A DNA stretch of 57,717 nt, counting the filler, from Candidatus Desantisbacteria bacterium CG1_02_49_89 (GTDB taxonomy: Bacteria; Desantisbacteria; UBA1551), in NCBI GenBank assembly GCA_001871075.1. It is 3 parts of 3 records of this genome, joined end to end, with 100 filler letters (N's around TTAATTAATTAA, not from the genome) between each part and the next. Parts side by side here need not be neighbours in the genome. Positions count along the whole stretch, not along the records: positions 1 to 18,883 come from MNUP01000150.1; positions 18,984 to 34,636 come from MNUP01000133.1; 1 more part is not named here. One strand, written 5' to 3'. The notes below the pieces were generated by a model. That model ran no database searches and was not told the DNA's origin. It saw only the letters and a program-made list of their open reading frames with translations. Positions within the stretch are counted from its first letter, which is position 1, and every line of letters begins with the position of its first letter. Of the stretch, positions 9,309 through 19,503 are shown one piece after another. The translations under genes and the position numbers were made by a program.

Positions 9309-10280
9309 ATGGAAGACACAGAGCTGATAAACGAGTTCATAAACTTCATAAGCGTGGAAAGGGGCCTGAGCAGGAACACGCAGGTTTCGTACCGCATTGA
9401 CCTGAAAGGTTACGAGGCCTTCCTTAAAAAAAGGGGCCTGGGTTTCAAAGGCGCGGGCCAGGAGGACGTGACGGAATTCCTGCGCGCTATGCAGTCAGGC
9501 GGTTCCCTGACCTCAACGCTTGCGAGGAAGCTGGTTGCGGTTAAGATGCTGCACAGGTTTTTGACAAACGAAGGATACGCGGATAAGGACCCCACAGCGT
9601 TCCTGGACCCGCCCAGGAAGGAAATGCGCCTTCCTTCTGTCTTGAGAAAAGACGAGGTGGAGGCGATACTGGGCAAGCCTGATCTGTCAAAGCCTGCGGG
9701 CCTGCGGGACAAAGCCCTGCTCGAATTGCTCTACGCGACCGGGATGCGCGTGTCTGAAGCCGCGGACCTGCGCGTGGAAGACCTGAACCTGGCCGGCGGT
9801 TTTATCAGGTGTTTCGGCAAGGGAGGCAAGGAAAGGATCATCCCGGTAGGCGGCAAGGCAGTTGAAGCGGTCGAGGCATACCTAAGTGTCCAGTGTCCAG
9901 TGTCCAGTGTCCAGCCAAAGAAAAACCCGAAACCCGAAACCCGAAACCCCCCTGCTTTTGCAGGAAAGCAAGAAGGGGGACTCGCTTTATGCGGCCCGAA
10001 ACAGAACTACTTATTTATTAATCCCAGAGGGAGCAGGTTCAGCAGGCAGGGGCTGTGGGGAATAGTAAAGAATTACGTAAAAAAGGCGGGCATAACAAAG
10101 AAGGTCACGCCGCACACGTTCAGGCACTCTTTCGCCACGCACCTGCTTCAGGGCGGGGCTGACCTGCGTTCCGTGCAGGAAATGCTGGGGCACGCGGACA
10201 TATCCACGACCCAGCTGTACCTGCACCTGGACAGGCAGACCGTCCAGGACGCGTATAAGAAATTTCATCCAAGAGCGTAA
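9309..10280 (+). CDS. xerD: Site-specific tyrosine recombinase XerD, with a repeat-derived insertion
   Basis: ERGLS.NT..SY..DL, LYATGMRVSE, GKG.KER, HTFRHSFATHLL..GADLRSVQEMLGH..ISTTQ.Y, HPRA C-terminus. Confidence 0.9.
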   Translation: MEDTELINEFINFISVERGLSRNTQVSYRIDLKGYEAFLKKRGLGFKGAGQEDVTEFLRAMQSGGSLTSTLARKLVAVKMLHRFLTNEGYADKDPTAFLDPPRKEMRLPSVLRKDEVEAILGKPDLSKPAGLRDKALLELLYATGMRVSEAADLRVEDLNLAGGFIRCFGKGGKERIIPVGGKAVEAVEAYLSVQCPVSSVQPKKNPKPETRNPPAFAGKQEGGLALCGPKQNYLFINPRGSRFSRQGLWGIVKNYVKKAGITKKVTPHTFRHSFATHLLQGGADLRSVQEMLGHADISTTQLYLHLDRQTVQDAYKKFHPRA

Positions 10281-10425
10281 ATACCGTCGGGCGTCGTAAG
10301 TCATACGTCGTATGTTTTGCGTCGTATGCGAATAAAAAATTATTGAACGTATAACGTAAGACGCTCGACATCCGACGGTCTTTAACACGTACGACGTACG
10401 ACGTTTGACGTATGACGGGGTCAGC

Positions 10426-13068
10426 ATGGAGTTGATCACTACCCATATCGGGTCGGATTTTGACAGCTTTGCTTCAATGGTTGCCGCGGAAAAACTCTAT
10501 CCCGGGGCGATGATATCTTTCCCCGGAAGCGTTGAGCAGAACGTGCGGGAGTTCCTTGCCCTGCACAAGCACGCGATCGAGATCGTGAAGCCCAAGGATG
10601 TGCCGCTGGACCAGGTGACAAGGCTGATAATAGTGGACACGAGGCTTGCTTCGAGGATAGGCGATTTCGCGAAACTGCTTGAAAAAAGCGGGCTGTCCAT
10701 CCACATCTACGACCACCACCCCCGCACCACTGAGGATCTGGCAGGAGAGGCGGGTGTCAGCGAGATAACAGGCGCCGCGTCCACTATCCTCACGAAGATC
10801 ATAAGGGACCGGAAGGTCCAGATCACGCCCCTTGAGGCGACGATACTGATCCTGGGCATCTACGAGGACACCGGTTCTTTCACGTTCGGCTCAACAACGC
10901 CGCAGGACCTGGAAGCCGGTTCCTACCTGCTGGGTTGCGGCGCGAACCTGAACATAGTGTCGGATTTCGTGAATCCCGGCCTGAACCCCGAGCAGGTGAA
11001 GCTCATGAACCTGCTGATGGCGAACCTTAAGATGGAGACCGTCAACGGCATAAAGGTGGCGCTTACCTGGGCTGACGCGGGGGAACAGAGCGGCAGCCTT
11101 TCGCTTGTGGTGCACAAGCTGCGGGACATGGAAAATTTCAACGTGCTGTTCGCGGTCGTTAAATTCTCAAACCGCATCCAGGTGATAGGCAGGTCACGCC
11201 TGGAAGAGGTTGACGTGGGGAAGATACTCGAACTGCTGGGCGGCGGAGGCCACTCAAGGGCGGCGTCCGCGAAAATAGAAAGCCAGGACATAAACGAAGT
11301 CAGGGAGAAGCTTTACAGGGCGCTGAGGATGAAGATCAAGCCGCTCATACAGGCCCAGAAGATAATGGCAACGCCTGTGCGGACCGTCCAGGAGGACCTT
11401 TCTGTGGGGGAGGCAAGAAGGCTCATGCTGAGGTTCAACTTTTCAGGTCTTCCCATACTTAACAAGGAAAAGCTTACGGGGATAATCTCGCGCACGGACC
11501 TTGACAGGGCAAGCCAGCACGGGTTCAGGGAAGCCCCGGTAAGGGATTATATGACAAGCCGGCCGATAACCATAGGCCCTGACGCCAGCCTTGAGGAGAT
11601 ACAGACGCTTATGATATGCCATAATATAGGCCACCTGCCGGTTGTTGACAAGAAAGGCAGCCTGCGGGGCATGGTCACCAGGGGGGAGCTCCTGCGCATC
11701 CTGCACAACGAGAAGAACCAGGTTTTTTCCCTTTACTCCTCGCCGCTTGTGAAGAAAAATCTGAAATCCCTGATGGAGAAAAAACTCCCCCAGTTCCTGC
11801 AGAAGATCCTCAGAAAGATAGGCAGGACCGGGGAACAGCTGGGTTACCCCACTTTTGTGGTCGGGGGTTTTGTGCGCGATCTGATGCTGGGGATCGAGAA
11901 CCTGGACATAGACATAGTTGTCGAAGGGGACGGCATAAGGTTCGGCAAAGAGCTCGCGAAGAAGGCGGGCGGCAGCTCTTTAACGCACGAGGCTTTCGGC
12001 ACCAGCATTGTTACTGTTGAAAACCTGCCAGCGGCCTGGAACCTGCGCCTTGAAAAGCCGCTGAAGATCGACATAGCCACCGCAAGGATGGAATTCTACG
12101 AGTATCCCGCGGCCCTGCCCAAGGTGGAGCTCAGCTCGATAAGGCAGGACCTTTACAGGCGCGATTTTACCATAAACGCCATGGCGATACGGCTTGACAG
12201 GAGGCGTTTCGGGGAGCTCTACGATTTCTTCGGCGGGGAGGACGACCTTGCCAAAAAGAGGATAAGGGTCCTGCACAACCTCAGTTTCGTGGACGACCCA
12301 ACGAGGATCTTCCGCGCGATAAGGCTTGCGGCGCGCTTCGGTTTCGAGATAGACAGGCAGACACTCTCGTTCATACGCAACGCCCTGGACCTTGCCATAT
12401 TCGACAAGCTGACCAACGAGCGGATAAGAGAGGAGCTGATACTGATATTTGAGGAATCTGAGCCGGTCAGGGCGGTAAAACAGATGGAGGCGCACGGCAT
12501 CCTGTCCTGCATACATCCGGGCATAAAATTCACTGAGGGCATGTCCGAGCAGCTGCGCGGCGTCGACGACGTGTTTTCCTGGGCGATACTCTACAGCCGG
12601 GAAAAGATCCAGAAGTGGCTCATATACCTTTTAGTCCTGATGAAGAACCTTAAGGATGAAGAAGTCCTGGAGGTCGCGGACAAATTCAAATTTCCGCTTG
12701 ACGTCCGGGGGATCATACTGCGCGTCCCGGAGGTCGCGGGGGTTGTCAGGAAGCTTTCCCGCAAAGGGCTCAAGCCCAGCGGCATACACAGTGCCCTTAA
12801 AGGATTCCCGCCTGAAATACTGCTTATGATCATGGCCGTTTTTAAAAACCCCGTGGTCAGGAAGCACATCGGCTTTTATTTTTCCAAAGCCTCCGCGGCG
12901 TGCCTGAAGCTGGACGGCGAGAAGCTGAAAAGCATGGGCCTGAAACCCGGGCCTGAATTCAGGAAGATAATGGGCTCGGTCCTTAAGGCCAAGCTGGACG
13001 GGAAAATAAGGGACACGCTTGAGGACGAAATAAGGTTCGTGCGCGCGAAATGGCTCCCTAAGAAATAA
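10426..13068 (+). CDS. tRNA nucleotidyltransferase with N-terminal DHH/DHHA1 and CBS domains (A-adding/CCA-adding type)
   Basis: DHH and GGGH motifs, CBS pair, VGGFVRD..LG..DID, DLYRRDFTINAMA, DDPTR. Confidence 0.9.
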   Translation: MELITTHIGSDFDSFASMVAAEKLYPGAMISFPGSVEQNVREFLALHKHAIEIVKPKDVPLDQVTRLIIVDTRLASRIGDFAKLLEKSGLSIHIYDHHPRTTEDLAGEAGVSEITGAASTILTKIIRDRKVQITPLEATILILGIYEDTGSFTFGSTTPQDLEAGSYLLGCGANLNIVSDFVNPGLNPEQVKLMNLLMANLKMETVNGIKVALTWADAGEQSGSLSLVVHKLRDMENFNVLFAVVKFSNRIQVIGRSRLEEVDVGKILELLGGGGHSRAASAKIESQDINEVREKLYRALRMKIKPLIQAQKIMATPVRTVQEDLSVGEARRLMLRFNFSGLPILNKEKLTGIISRTDLDRASQHGFREAPVRDYMTSRPITIGPDASLEEIQTLMICHNIGHLPVVDKKGSLRGMVTRGELLRILHNEKNQVFSLYSSPLVKKNLKSLMEKKLPQFLQKILRKIGRTGEQLGYPTFVVGGFVRDLMLGIENLDIDIVVEGDGIRFGKELAKKAGGSSLTHEAFGTSIVTVENLPAAWNLRLEKPLKIDIATARMEFYEYPAALPKVELSSIRQDLYRRDFTINAMAIRLDRRRFGELYDFFGGEDDLAKKRIRVLHNLSFVDDPTRIFRAIRLAARFGFEIDRQTLSFIRNALDLAIFDKLTNERIREELILIFEESEPVRAVKQMEAHGILSCIHPGIKFTEGMSEQLRGVDDVFSWAILYSREKIQKWLIYLLVLMKNLKDEEVLEVADKFKFPLDVRGIILRVPEVAGVVRKLSRKGLKPSGIHSALKGFPPEILLMIMAVFKNPVVRKHIGFYFSKASAACLKLDGEKLKSMGLKPGPEFRKIMGSVLKAKLDGKIRDTLEDEIRFVRAKWLPKK

Positions 13069-13126
13069 CTGCGTGTCAGCGTATCAGCGTATCAGCGTGT
13101 CAGAGCAAAGGCAAGGAATTTAATTG

Positions 13127-13173
13127 CCCGCCCCTTTGGGGCGAGGTCTCGCCCCGATGGACATCGGGGCGGA
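13127..13173 (+). repeat. Double-hairpin element with invariant core GGCGAGGTCTCGCCC
   Basis: Further copies at 8493-8545 (reverse), 37430-37474, 37506-37559 and 42551-42604; stems and loops vary but stay paired. Confidence 0.85.
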
Positions 13174-13379
13174 TAACTCAGGGCTTCAGCCCTGATATTA
13201 CTTAATGCACTCAATGGCAAGTATTTATCCGTCTGCATCCCGCCTCATCGGCGGGTCGCCGTAGTGGCGACCTTGGTCGCCCTGTTTAAAGCTCCTTATT
13301 CCCCTTAATAATCATCTTTAAATAATCACTGTAATCATTTTAAAAATCACCGTAATCGTATCAAATAAAGGAGATAAAA

Positions 13380-14609
13380 ATGAATAAAGAATTTCTGGAA
13401 GTGCTCAACCAGATTGAGAAGGAAAAAAGAATACCCAAGGAAAGGCTGCTTGCGAACCTTAAGGAAGCCATAACGTCGGCATACAAAAAAAGTTTCGGTT
13501 CGTCCCACAATGCCGAGGTGGACATAGACAGCGAAACCGGAAAGATAAAGATAACGTCCAACCAGGCCGTTGTGGAAGGCCCGTCAAAGCCCGGCTTGGA
13601 AATAACGCTTGCGGACGCGCGCAAAATAAAGCCCGGAGTGAAAGCCGGGGACAAGATAGACGTGGACGTTCCCCTGGAAGACTTCGGCCGCATCGCGACC
13701 CAGGTCGCCAAGCAGGTCATAATGCAGAGGATACGCGAGGAAGAAAGGGTCCTTGTGTACCAGGATTTCAAGCCCAAGGAAAAGAACCTTCTCACGGGCG
13801 AGGTCCGCCACAAGGACGCGCGCAATAACTACCTTCTTGACATCGGCGGGCACGAAGCCATCCTGCCGGTTAACGAGCAGGTGAAGACAGAGCGCCTGAA
13901 TTTACGCGACAGGGTCAAGGTTTTTCTTCTTGAGGTTAAGAGGACGTCAAAGGGACCGGTCATATACGTTTCGCGCACCCACCCGGAGCTGCTTAAAAGG
14001 CTTTTCGAGCTGGAGATCCCGGAAATACACGAAGGCGTTGTGGAGATAAAAGGCATAGTAAGAGAGCCTGGGACAAGGGCGAAAGTCGCGGTGTTCTCGA
14101 ATAATGAGAAGGTTGACCCCCTTGGCGCCTGCGTGGGCATGAAGGGACTGCGCATACAGGCAATTGCCAGGGAAATGGGAGTGGAAAAAATAGACCTTGT
14201 CCGCTGGAACGAAGATATCGGGACCTACATCCTGAATTCCTTAAGCCCGGCGAAGTCGCAGGAAATACACCTGGACAAGGACAACAAGCGCGCAACAATA
14301 CTGCTGGAAGACGAACAGCTGAAACTGGCGATCGGAAAGAAAGGGCAGAACGTAAGGCTTGCCAGCCGGCTGACAGGATGGCAGATAGACCTGAGGAAGC
14401 GGGAGGAGATCGTTTCCAACCTGACGTCCCTTCCCGGGGTGGGAGAGTCAACCGCAGGCGCCCTGATGGAGGCGGGTATAAGGAGGATAGAGGACCTCGC
14501 GAAGGCGACCCCGGAACAATTGACTGAGGTGAAGGGCATAGGCGAAAAGAAGGCGGAAAACCTTATAGACGCGGCAAAAAGGCACGTTCAGATAGCGAAA
14601 AGCAAGTAA
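13380..14609 (+). CDS. nusA: Transcription termination/antitermination factor NusA with C-terminal HhH domain
   Basis: FGRIA.Q.AKQVI.Q, VSRTHP, REPG.RAK, GACVGMKG.RI, LAIGKKGQNVRLA. Confidence 0.97.
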   Translation: MNKEFLEVLNQIEKEKRIPKERLLANLKEAITSAYKKSFGSSHNAEVDIDSETGKIKITSNQAVVEGPSKPGLEITLADARKIKPGVKAGDKIDVDVPLEDFGRIATQVAKQVIMQRIREEERVLVYQDFKPKEKNLLTGEVRHKDARNNYLLDIGGHEAILPVNEQVKTERLNLRDRVKVFLLEVKRTSKGPVIYVSRTHPELLKRLFELEIPEIHEGVVEIKGIVREPGTRAKVAVFSNNEKVDPLGACVGMKGLRIQAIAREMGVEKIDLVRWNEDIGTYILNSLSPAKSQEIHLDKDNKRATILLEDEQLKLAIGKKGQNVRLASRLTGWQIDLRKREEIVSNLTSLPGVGESTAGALMEAGIRRIEDLAKATPEQLTEVKGIGEKKAENLIDAAKRHVQIAKSK

Positions 14610-14641
14610 AATATTTTAACCACACGATTTTCACAGAGGGT

Positions 14642-14865
14642 GTCATTGCGATCGTAGAGCCATCTGCCTAGCTCTGGCTCGAAGACCCCCGTGTTAAGTT
14701 CCGGCTGTAGGGTCATAGACTTAGCTCTGACCCGAAAGTCCCTGCGTTGCCCGCCAATATTTGTGGCGGGGCAGGGATCGGAACTACAGGGGGAAGCATT
14801 TTGAGGTGACGAAGCAATCCCGCTTGGATTGCCACGCCCCGTATAAAATCGGGTCTCGCAATGAC
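14642..14865. repeat. Four-level nested palindromic repeat cluster
   Basis: Outer GTCATTGCGA...TCGCAATGAC encloses two GTAG-type elements and an inner CCCGCCA..TGGCGGG hairpin. Confidence 0.8.
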
Positions 14866-14908
14866 CGCAAAATATAAAATAAAAATTTATTTGTAAAGGG
14901 GAAATAGC

Positions 14909-16978
14909 ATGGCTGAAAAAAAGAAAAAGGTCTCCGATTTAGCGAAAGAAGCGGGTATTCCCAGCAAGGAATTCCTGCAGATCCTCAAGAAGATGAAGAT
15001 CATTGCGGGCAGCGCGTCCAGCACGATCTCCGAAGAAGAAGCCAGGAAAGCGATGGACCTTCTCAAGAAGGTTGAGGGGCGCCAGGCGAAAAAACCGACG
15101 GCAGAAAAACCTGCCGGGAAGGAAGAAAAGGCATTGCCGAAAAAGGCGGCGAAACCCCGCGCTAAAAAAGCCGCGGGGAAGGCCGCTGCCGTAAAGCCCG
15201 CAGTCGCGGAAAAACCGAAGAAGGCCCAGGAGCCGGTAACCGCTGTAAAGCCGAAAGAACCTACGACGGCGCCGGTCAAGACAAAGGCCAAAGCATCTGC
15301 GGCGGTAAAAACAAAGCCACCGGCAAAAGCGGAAGCACCCGTGCCTGTGAAGGAAGTGCCCCGCGCAAAGGAACCGGAAGCGCCTGTTGCAGCGCCTCCT
15401 CCGCCCAAAAGATCTTTTGTCAAGATCCGCCCGGAAAGGGTTTTAAACCCCATGCCGCGGCCGCCTATAGTCACTGTCATGGGCCATGTTGACCACGGAA
15501 AGACCACGCTTCTGGACGCGATCAGGCAGACGAACGTCGCCGGTAAGGAAGCGGGCCAGATAACCCAGCACATAGGCGCTTACGAGGTGGATATAAAAGC
15601 CGGCAGCAGTTCCGGCAGGGTCGTGTTCCTGGACACCCCGGGCCACGAGGCTTTCACCGCCATGAGGGCAAGGGGAGCGCAGCTTACCGATATAGTCATA
15701 CTGGTTGTTTCCGCGGACGACGGAGTTATGCCGCAGACCACGGAAGCCATAGACCACGCGAGGGCCGCGAACGTGCCGATAATCGTTGCCATAAACAAGA
15801 TCGACAAGGCAAACGCGAATCCCGAGCAGGTGAAGCAGCAGCTTTCAAATTACAACCTGATAGCAGAGGACTGGGGCGGGGATACCTTATGCGTTCCGGT
15901 ATCCGCTATAAAGCGCCAGGGGCTGGACAAGCTGCTGGAAACGATACTGCTCCAGGCTGAAATGCTCGAACTCAAGGCTGACCCCGCTGTGCCTGCCCTG
16001 GCGACCGTGATAGAGGCGAGGCTTGACAGGCACATGGGCCCTGTCGCGACGGTAGTGGTGCGGGAAGGAACTTTAAGGATCGGCGACTATTTCATAATCA
16101 CCCCGGACATCGAGAGCGTTTCCGCCGCCGTTATGCAGAAGGTAAGGGCGCTCGTGAACGACAGGGGCGAAAGGATACAAGAGGCGCCGCCGTCAACGCC
16201 GGTTGAAGTGCTGGGCCTGACCCTGGTCCCCCAGACCGGGGAGATCCTAAGCGTGATTGCGGACAAAAAACTCCTGAAGGAAATGCAGGAAAACGAGCCC
16301 GAGAAACCGGAGGCGCCGCAGGCGAGGAAGTTCACTCTTGAGGATCTGCAGCAGCAGATAAAAGACGGCGAAATGAAGGAGCTGAAGATCGTGCTGAAGA
16401 CGGACGTGCAGGGCTCGCAGGAAGCGATAATAAAAGCGTTCCAGAAGCTCAGTACCGAGGAAGTAAGGCTTAACGTGATGCACAGGGCCGTGGGCGAGAT
16501 AAACGAAGCGGACATAATGCTGGCTTCCGCCTCGGGAGGCATAATCTTCGGTTTTAACGTCGGCATGAGCCTGAACGCGAAAAAAATGGCGGAATACGAG
16601 GGAGTGGACGTCCGGTTGTACCGCATAATCTACGAGATAGTGGACGACATAAAGAAGGCGATGGACGGATTGCTTCCGCAGAAGTTCGAGGAAATCATAA
16701 TCGGCCGCGCGGAGATCCAGCAGGTATTCAAGATCTCGAATGCCGGGATCGCGGGTTCCAGGGTAACGGACGGCAAAATAACCAGGGACGCGAAAGTGAG
16801 GCTCATAAGGGAAGGCAAGGTCGTCTACGACGGGAAGATCACCAGCCTGAGGCGGTTCAAGGACGACGTCAAGGAGTGCGAAAAGGGCTTTGAGTGCGGC
16901 CTGATGCTTGACAAGTTCGACGATTTCAAGGAGCACGACGTTGTCCAGGCCTACGAGATGCAGCCCGTCGCTAAATAG
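14909..16978 (+). CDS. infB: Translation initiation factor IF-2
   Basis: [39 protein letters not shown]; Lys/Ala/Pro-rich linker. Confidence 0.98.
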   Translation: MAEKKKKVSDLAKEAGIPSKEFLQILKKMKIIAGSASSTISEEEARKAMDLLKKVEGRQAKKPTAEKPAGKEEKALPKKAAKPRAKKAAGKAAAVKPAVAEKPKKAQEPVTAVKPKEPTTAPVKTKAKASAAVKTKPPAKAEAPVPVKEVPRAKEPEAPVAAPPPPKRSFVKIRPERVLNPMPRPPIVTVMGHVDHGKTTLLDAIRQTNVAGKEAGQITQHIGAYEVDIKAGSSSGRVVFLDTPGHEAFTAMRARGAQLTDIVILVVSADDGVMPQTTEAIDHARAANVPIIVAINKIDKANANPEQVKQQLSNYNLIAEDWGGDTLCVPVSAIKRQGLDKLLETILLQAEMLELKADPAVPALATVIEARLDRHMGPVATVVVREGTLRIGDYFIITPDIESVSAAVMQKVRALVNDRGERIQEAPPSTPVEVLGLTLVPQTGEILSVIADKKLLKEMQENEPEKPEAPQARKFTLEDLQQQIKDGEMKELKIVLKTDVQGSQEAIIKAFQKLSTEEVRLNVMHRAVGEINEADIMLASASGGIIFGFNVGMSLNAKKMAEYEGVDVRLYRIIYEIVDDIKKAMDGLLPQKFEEIIIGRAEIQQVFKISNAGIAGSRVTDGKITRDAKVRLIREGKVVYDGKITSLRRFKDDVKECEKGFECGLMLDKFDDFKEHDVVQAYEMQPVAK

Positions 16979-17128
16979 CGTATCGCAAAATCTTTTTAAC
17001 CACGGATTCTCACGGATTCCCACGGATTTTATGTAACTCAAACCTTCAGGTTTGATTCCTTGAACTTCGGAACCACGAAGACACGAAAGTATCCCTAACT
17101 TTTAACCTTTAACTTTTTTGGAGGTTCA

Positions 17129-17473
17129 GTGAGCGCCAGGCGCATGGAAAGAATAAATGAATTCATAAAGAGGGAGATATGTTTTCTCCTCCAGAGGGAG
17201 ACAAAGGACCCCAGAATCGGCTTCGTGACCGTGCTGAGCTGCAGCGTCACGCCTGATCTGACCGAGGCGAGGATCTACATCAGCGTCCTGGGAACCAAAA
17301 AACAGAAGGCGGACACGATGGCCGGCCTTGACAGCGCGGCTCCTTTTATGCGGAGCCAGCTGGGAAAGCACATAGCGCTGCGCTACACCCCGAAGGTGAC
17401 ATTTTTCCTTGACGAAACGGAAGAGAAGGCGGCGCGCATAGAGGAATTGCTGGAGAAAATTAAGAATCCCTGA
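17129..17473 (+). CDS. rbfA: Ribosome-binding factor A
   Basis: R.ERINE.I.REI...KDPRIGFVTV...TPDL..A; LRYTP; directly after infB. Confidence 0.95.
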   Translation: MSARRMERINEFIKREICFLLQRETKDPRIGFVTVLSCSVTPDLTEARIYISVLGTKKQKADTMAGLDSAAPFMRSQLGKHIALRYTPKVTFFLDETEEKAARIEELLEKIKNP

Positions 17474-17489
17474 CAGGAGAGAAATTAAA

Positions 17490-18731
17490 ATGGAAGCTTT
17501 CAGATACATGAACGGAAAATTACGCTGTGAGAACGCCGATATCGGAAAGGCCGCGGCAGCGGTGGGCACGCCTTTCTATATTTACAGCCGCAGGGCGTTC
17601 GCGGACAACTTTCGCAGGCTTGATAAGGCACTTGCCGGGTCCAGGCACATCATATGCTACGCCTGCAAGGCAAATTCGAACCTTTCTGTTTTCCGCCTGT
17701 TCGCAAGGCTTGGTGCCGGCGCTGACATAGTCTCGGGAGGCGAGCTTTACAAGGCGCTTAAGGCGGGCGTGGACCCCGGGAAGATCGTATTTGCCGGAGT
17801 GGGCAAGACGGAAGACGAGATCAGGTTCGCTCTTTCAAGCAGGATCCTGATGTTCAATGTCGAGTCGGTCCCGGAACTGAACCTGATAAATGACATCGCC
17901 GGGAAAATGCGCAGGAAGGCAGCGGTTGCCGTAAGGGTGAATTTCGGTTTTGACCCCCACACGCACGGCTATATAAATACAAGCAGGGGCAGCAAGTTCG
18001 GCATAGACATGTCTATGGCAAGGGGTGTTTTCGCGTATGCGAAGGTCCTGAGGAACATTGACATCGCGGGCCTGCATTCCCATATCGGCTCGCAGATAAC
18101 CCAGACCGGTCCCTTTGTAAGGAACCTTAGAATGGCGCTTTCCCTGGCTGAAAGCCTTAAGGAACTTGGCATACACCTGCGCTTCATCAACCTTGGCGGC
18201 GGGCTCGGAATAGCATACAGGGAGAAGGAATCACCGGTTTCGGTTTCATCAGTCGGGAATATATTCAGGAAGCTTTTAAAGAACAGCCGCAGGTACACGC
18301 TCATACTTGAGCCGGGCAGGTTCCTTTCGGCGAATGCAGGCGCTCTTGTCACGAAGGTTCTTTACGCCAAGGAATCTTTCGGAAAGAAGTTTGTTATTGT
18401 TGACGCGGGAATGACAGATCTGATCCGTCCCTCCCTTTACGGTGCTTATCATCGTATTCTTCCGCTCACCACTGTCCGCTCACCACTGGCCACTGTAGTT
18501 AGTGTAGTCGGGCCTGTATGCGAGACAGGGGATTTCTTCGCTCTTGACAGGAAAATGCCGGTGCCCGGGCAGGGAGATCTGCTTGCGGTCATGGACGCCG
18601 GCGCATACGGCTTTGAGATGTCTTCCAACTACAACTCCCGTCCGCGCCCGGCGCAGGTGCTTGTCAGCGGCAGCAGGTTCTCGGTTATCAGGAAGCGGGA
18701 GACGCGCGCGGACCTGGTGCGCGGCGAGTAA
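17490..18731 (+). CDS. lysA: Diaminopimelate decarboxylase
   Basis: YACKAN, SGGEL, SKFG, HIGSQ, EPGR, GPVCE.GD, SNYNSR. Confidence 0.96.
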   Translation: MEAFRYMNGKLRCENADIGKAAAAVGTPFYIYSRRAFADNFRRLDKALAGSRHIICYACKANSNLSVFRLFARLGAGADIVSGGELYKALKAGVDPGKIVFAGVGKTEDEIRFALSSRILMFNVESVPELNLINDIAGKMRRKAAVAVRVNFGFDPHTHGYINTSRGSKFGIDMSMARGVFAYAKVLRNIDIAGLHSHIGSQITQTGPFVRNLRMALSLAESLKELGIHLRFINLGGGLGIAYREKESPVSVSSVGNIFRKLLKNSRRYTLILEPGRFLSANAGALVTKVLYAKESFGKKFVIVDAGMTDLIRPSLYGAYHRILPLTTVRSPLATVVSVVGPVCETGDFFALDRKMPVPGQGDLLAVMDAGAYGFEMSSNYNSRPRPAQVLVSGSRFSVIRKRETRADLVRGE

Positions 18732-18791
18732 AAAATAGATCCTAGATGTTAGATGCTGGGTTAAGGATTTATTTAAATAAAATTCCTACAT

Positions 18792-18883
18792 CTAGTGTGG
18801 TGTCTCTAACAGATCTTTACATTTGGGCTGTCATTGCGAGGAGTGTTAACGACGAAGCAATCTCGACCTAAAAATCGAGATTG
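18792..18883. mobile_element. End of a ~170-bp MITE-like element, truncated by the assembly gap
   Basis: Reverse complement of 34768-34859 with 2 mismatches; starts CTAGTGTGGTGTC. Confidence 0.8.
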
Positions 18884-18983
18884 NNNNNNNNNNNNNNNNN
18901 NNNNNNNNNNNNNNNNNNNNNNNNNNNTTAATTAATTAANNNNNNNNNNNNNNNNNNNNNNNNNNNNNNNNNNNNNNNNNNNN
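18884..18983. other. Artificial contig linker / gap
   Basis: N44-TTAATTAATTAA-N44 (stops in all six frames). Confidence 0.97.
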
Positions 18984-19045
18984 GTTCGAAATCACTGTAA
19001 TCAGTCAGTAAGTACAAAATCTAACAGAAAAAGGTGGTGAGAAAG

Positions 19046-19503
19046 ATGAACATTAAGAAATGGTTTTTAGCAGTAGGGCTTTTAGCGGCAACGATACGTT
19101 TGCGCTGTTGTCGTTCTATCAGTATGGTAATTCCGGCTGTCTTGTAGGCCCTGATGATGGAGCCAATTCATTCACCTATGTAACAAACTCTGAGAGTGAG
19201 TCTACGGACGGCACATACACCGCACCAACCTACATCGCGTATTATGATTATGTGCAAAAGCAATGGGAGGGTACCGGAGGAAATCCTGTTGTCCTGACAT
19301 CCGATCCTTCAATTCCCGCGAATAACTGGATACCCTACGGTCCCAACTGGGAAGACCAGGTCAATGGTATTCCGGGCAACGCTAATCAGATCGTGGGTAT
19401 TGCGTGGTACTGGACGTTTGTTTATTCACTTTATGCAGATGAGGGAGATAACTCACCATATGCTGTAAGAGTTCAGTTTCAGATCAAGAAGAACGACAAC
19501 TAA
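19046..19503 (+). pseudogene. Small secreted hypothetical protein with an apparent frameshift near 19093 (pseudogene or sequence error)
   Basis: RBS AGGTGG then MNIKKWFLAVGLLAAT signal peptide from 19046, out of frame with the ORF 19060-19503 that continues TFA/LLSFYQ... Confidence 0.5.

Noticed and set aside
9309-10280. Integron integrase or prophage integrase driving the nearby cassettes
   Set aside because: The sequence is canonical XerD; its insertion is repeat-derived rather than the IntI-specific segment; no attC-like sites recognised
18884-18983. TTAATTAATTAA palindrome within N runs (also 34637-34736)
   Set aside because: Identical 100-nt artificial linker; gene adjacency across the first gap cannot be trusted
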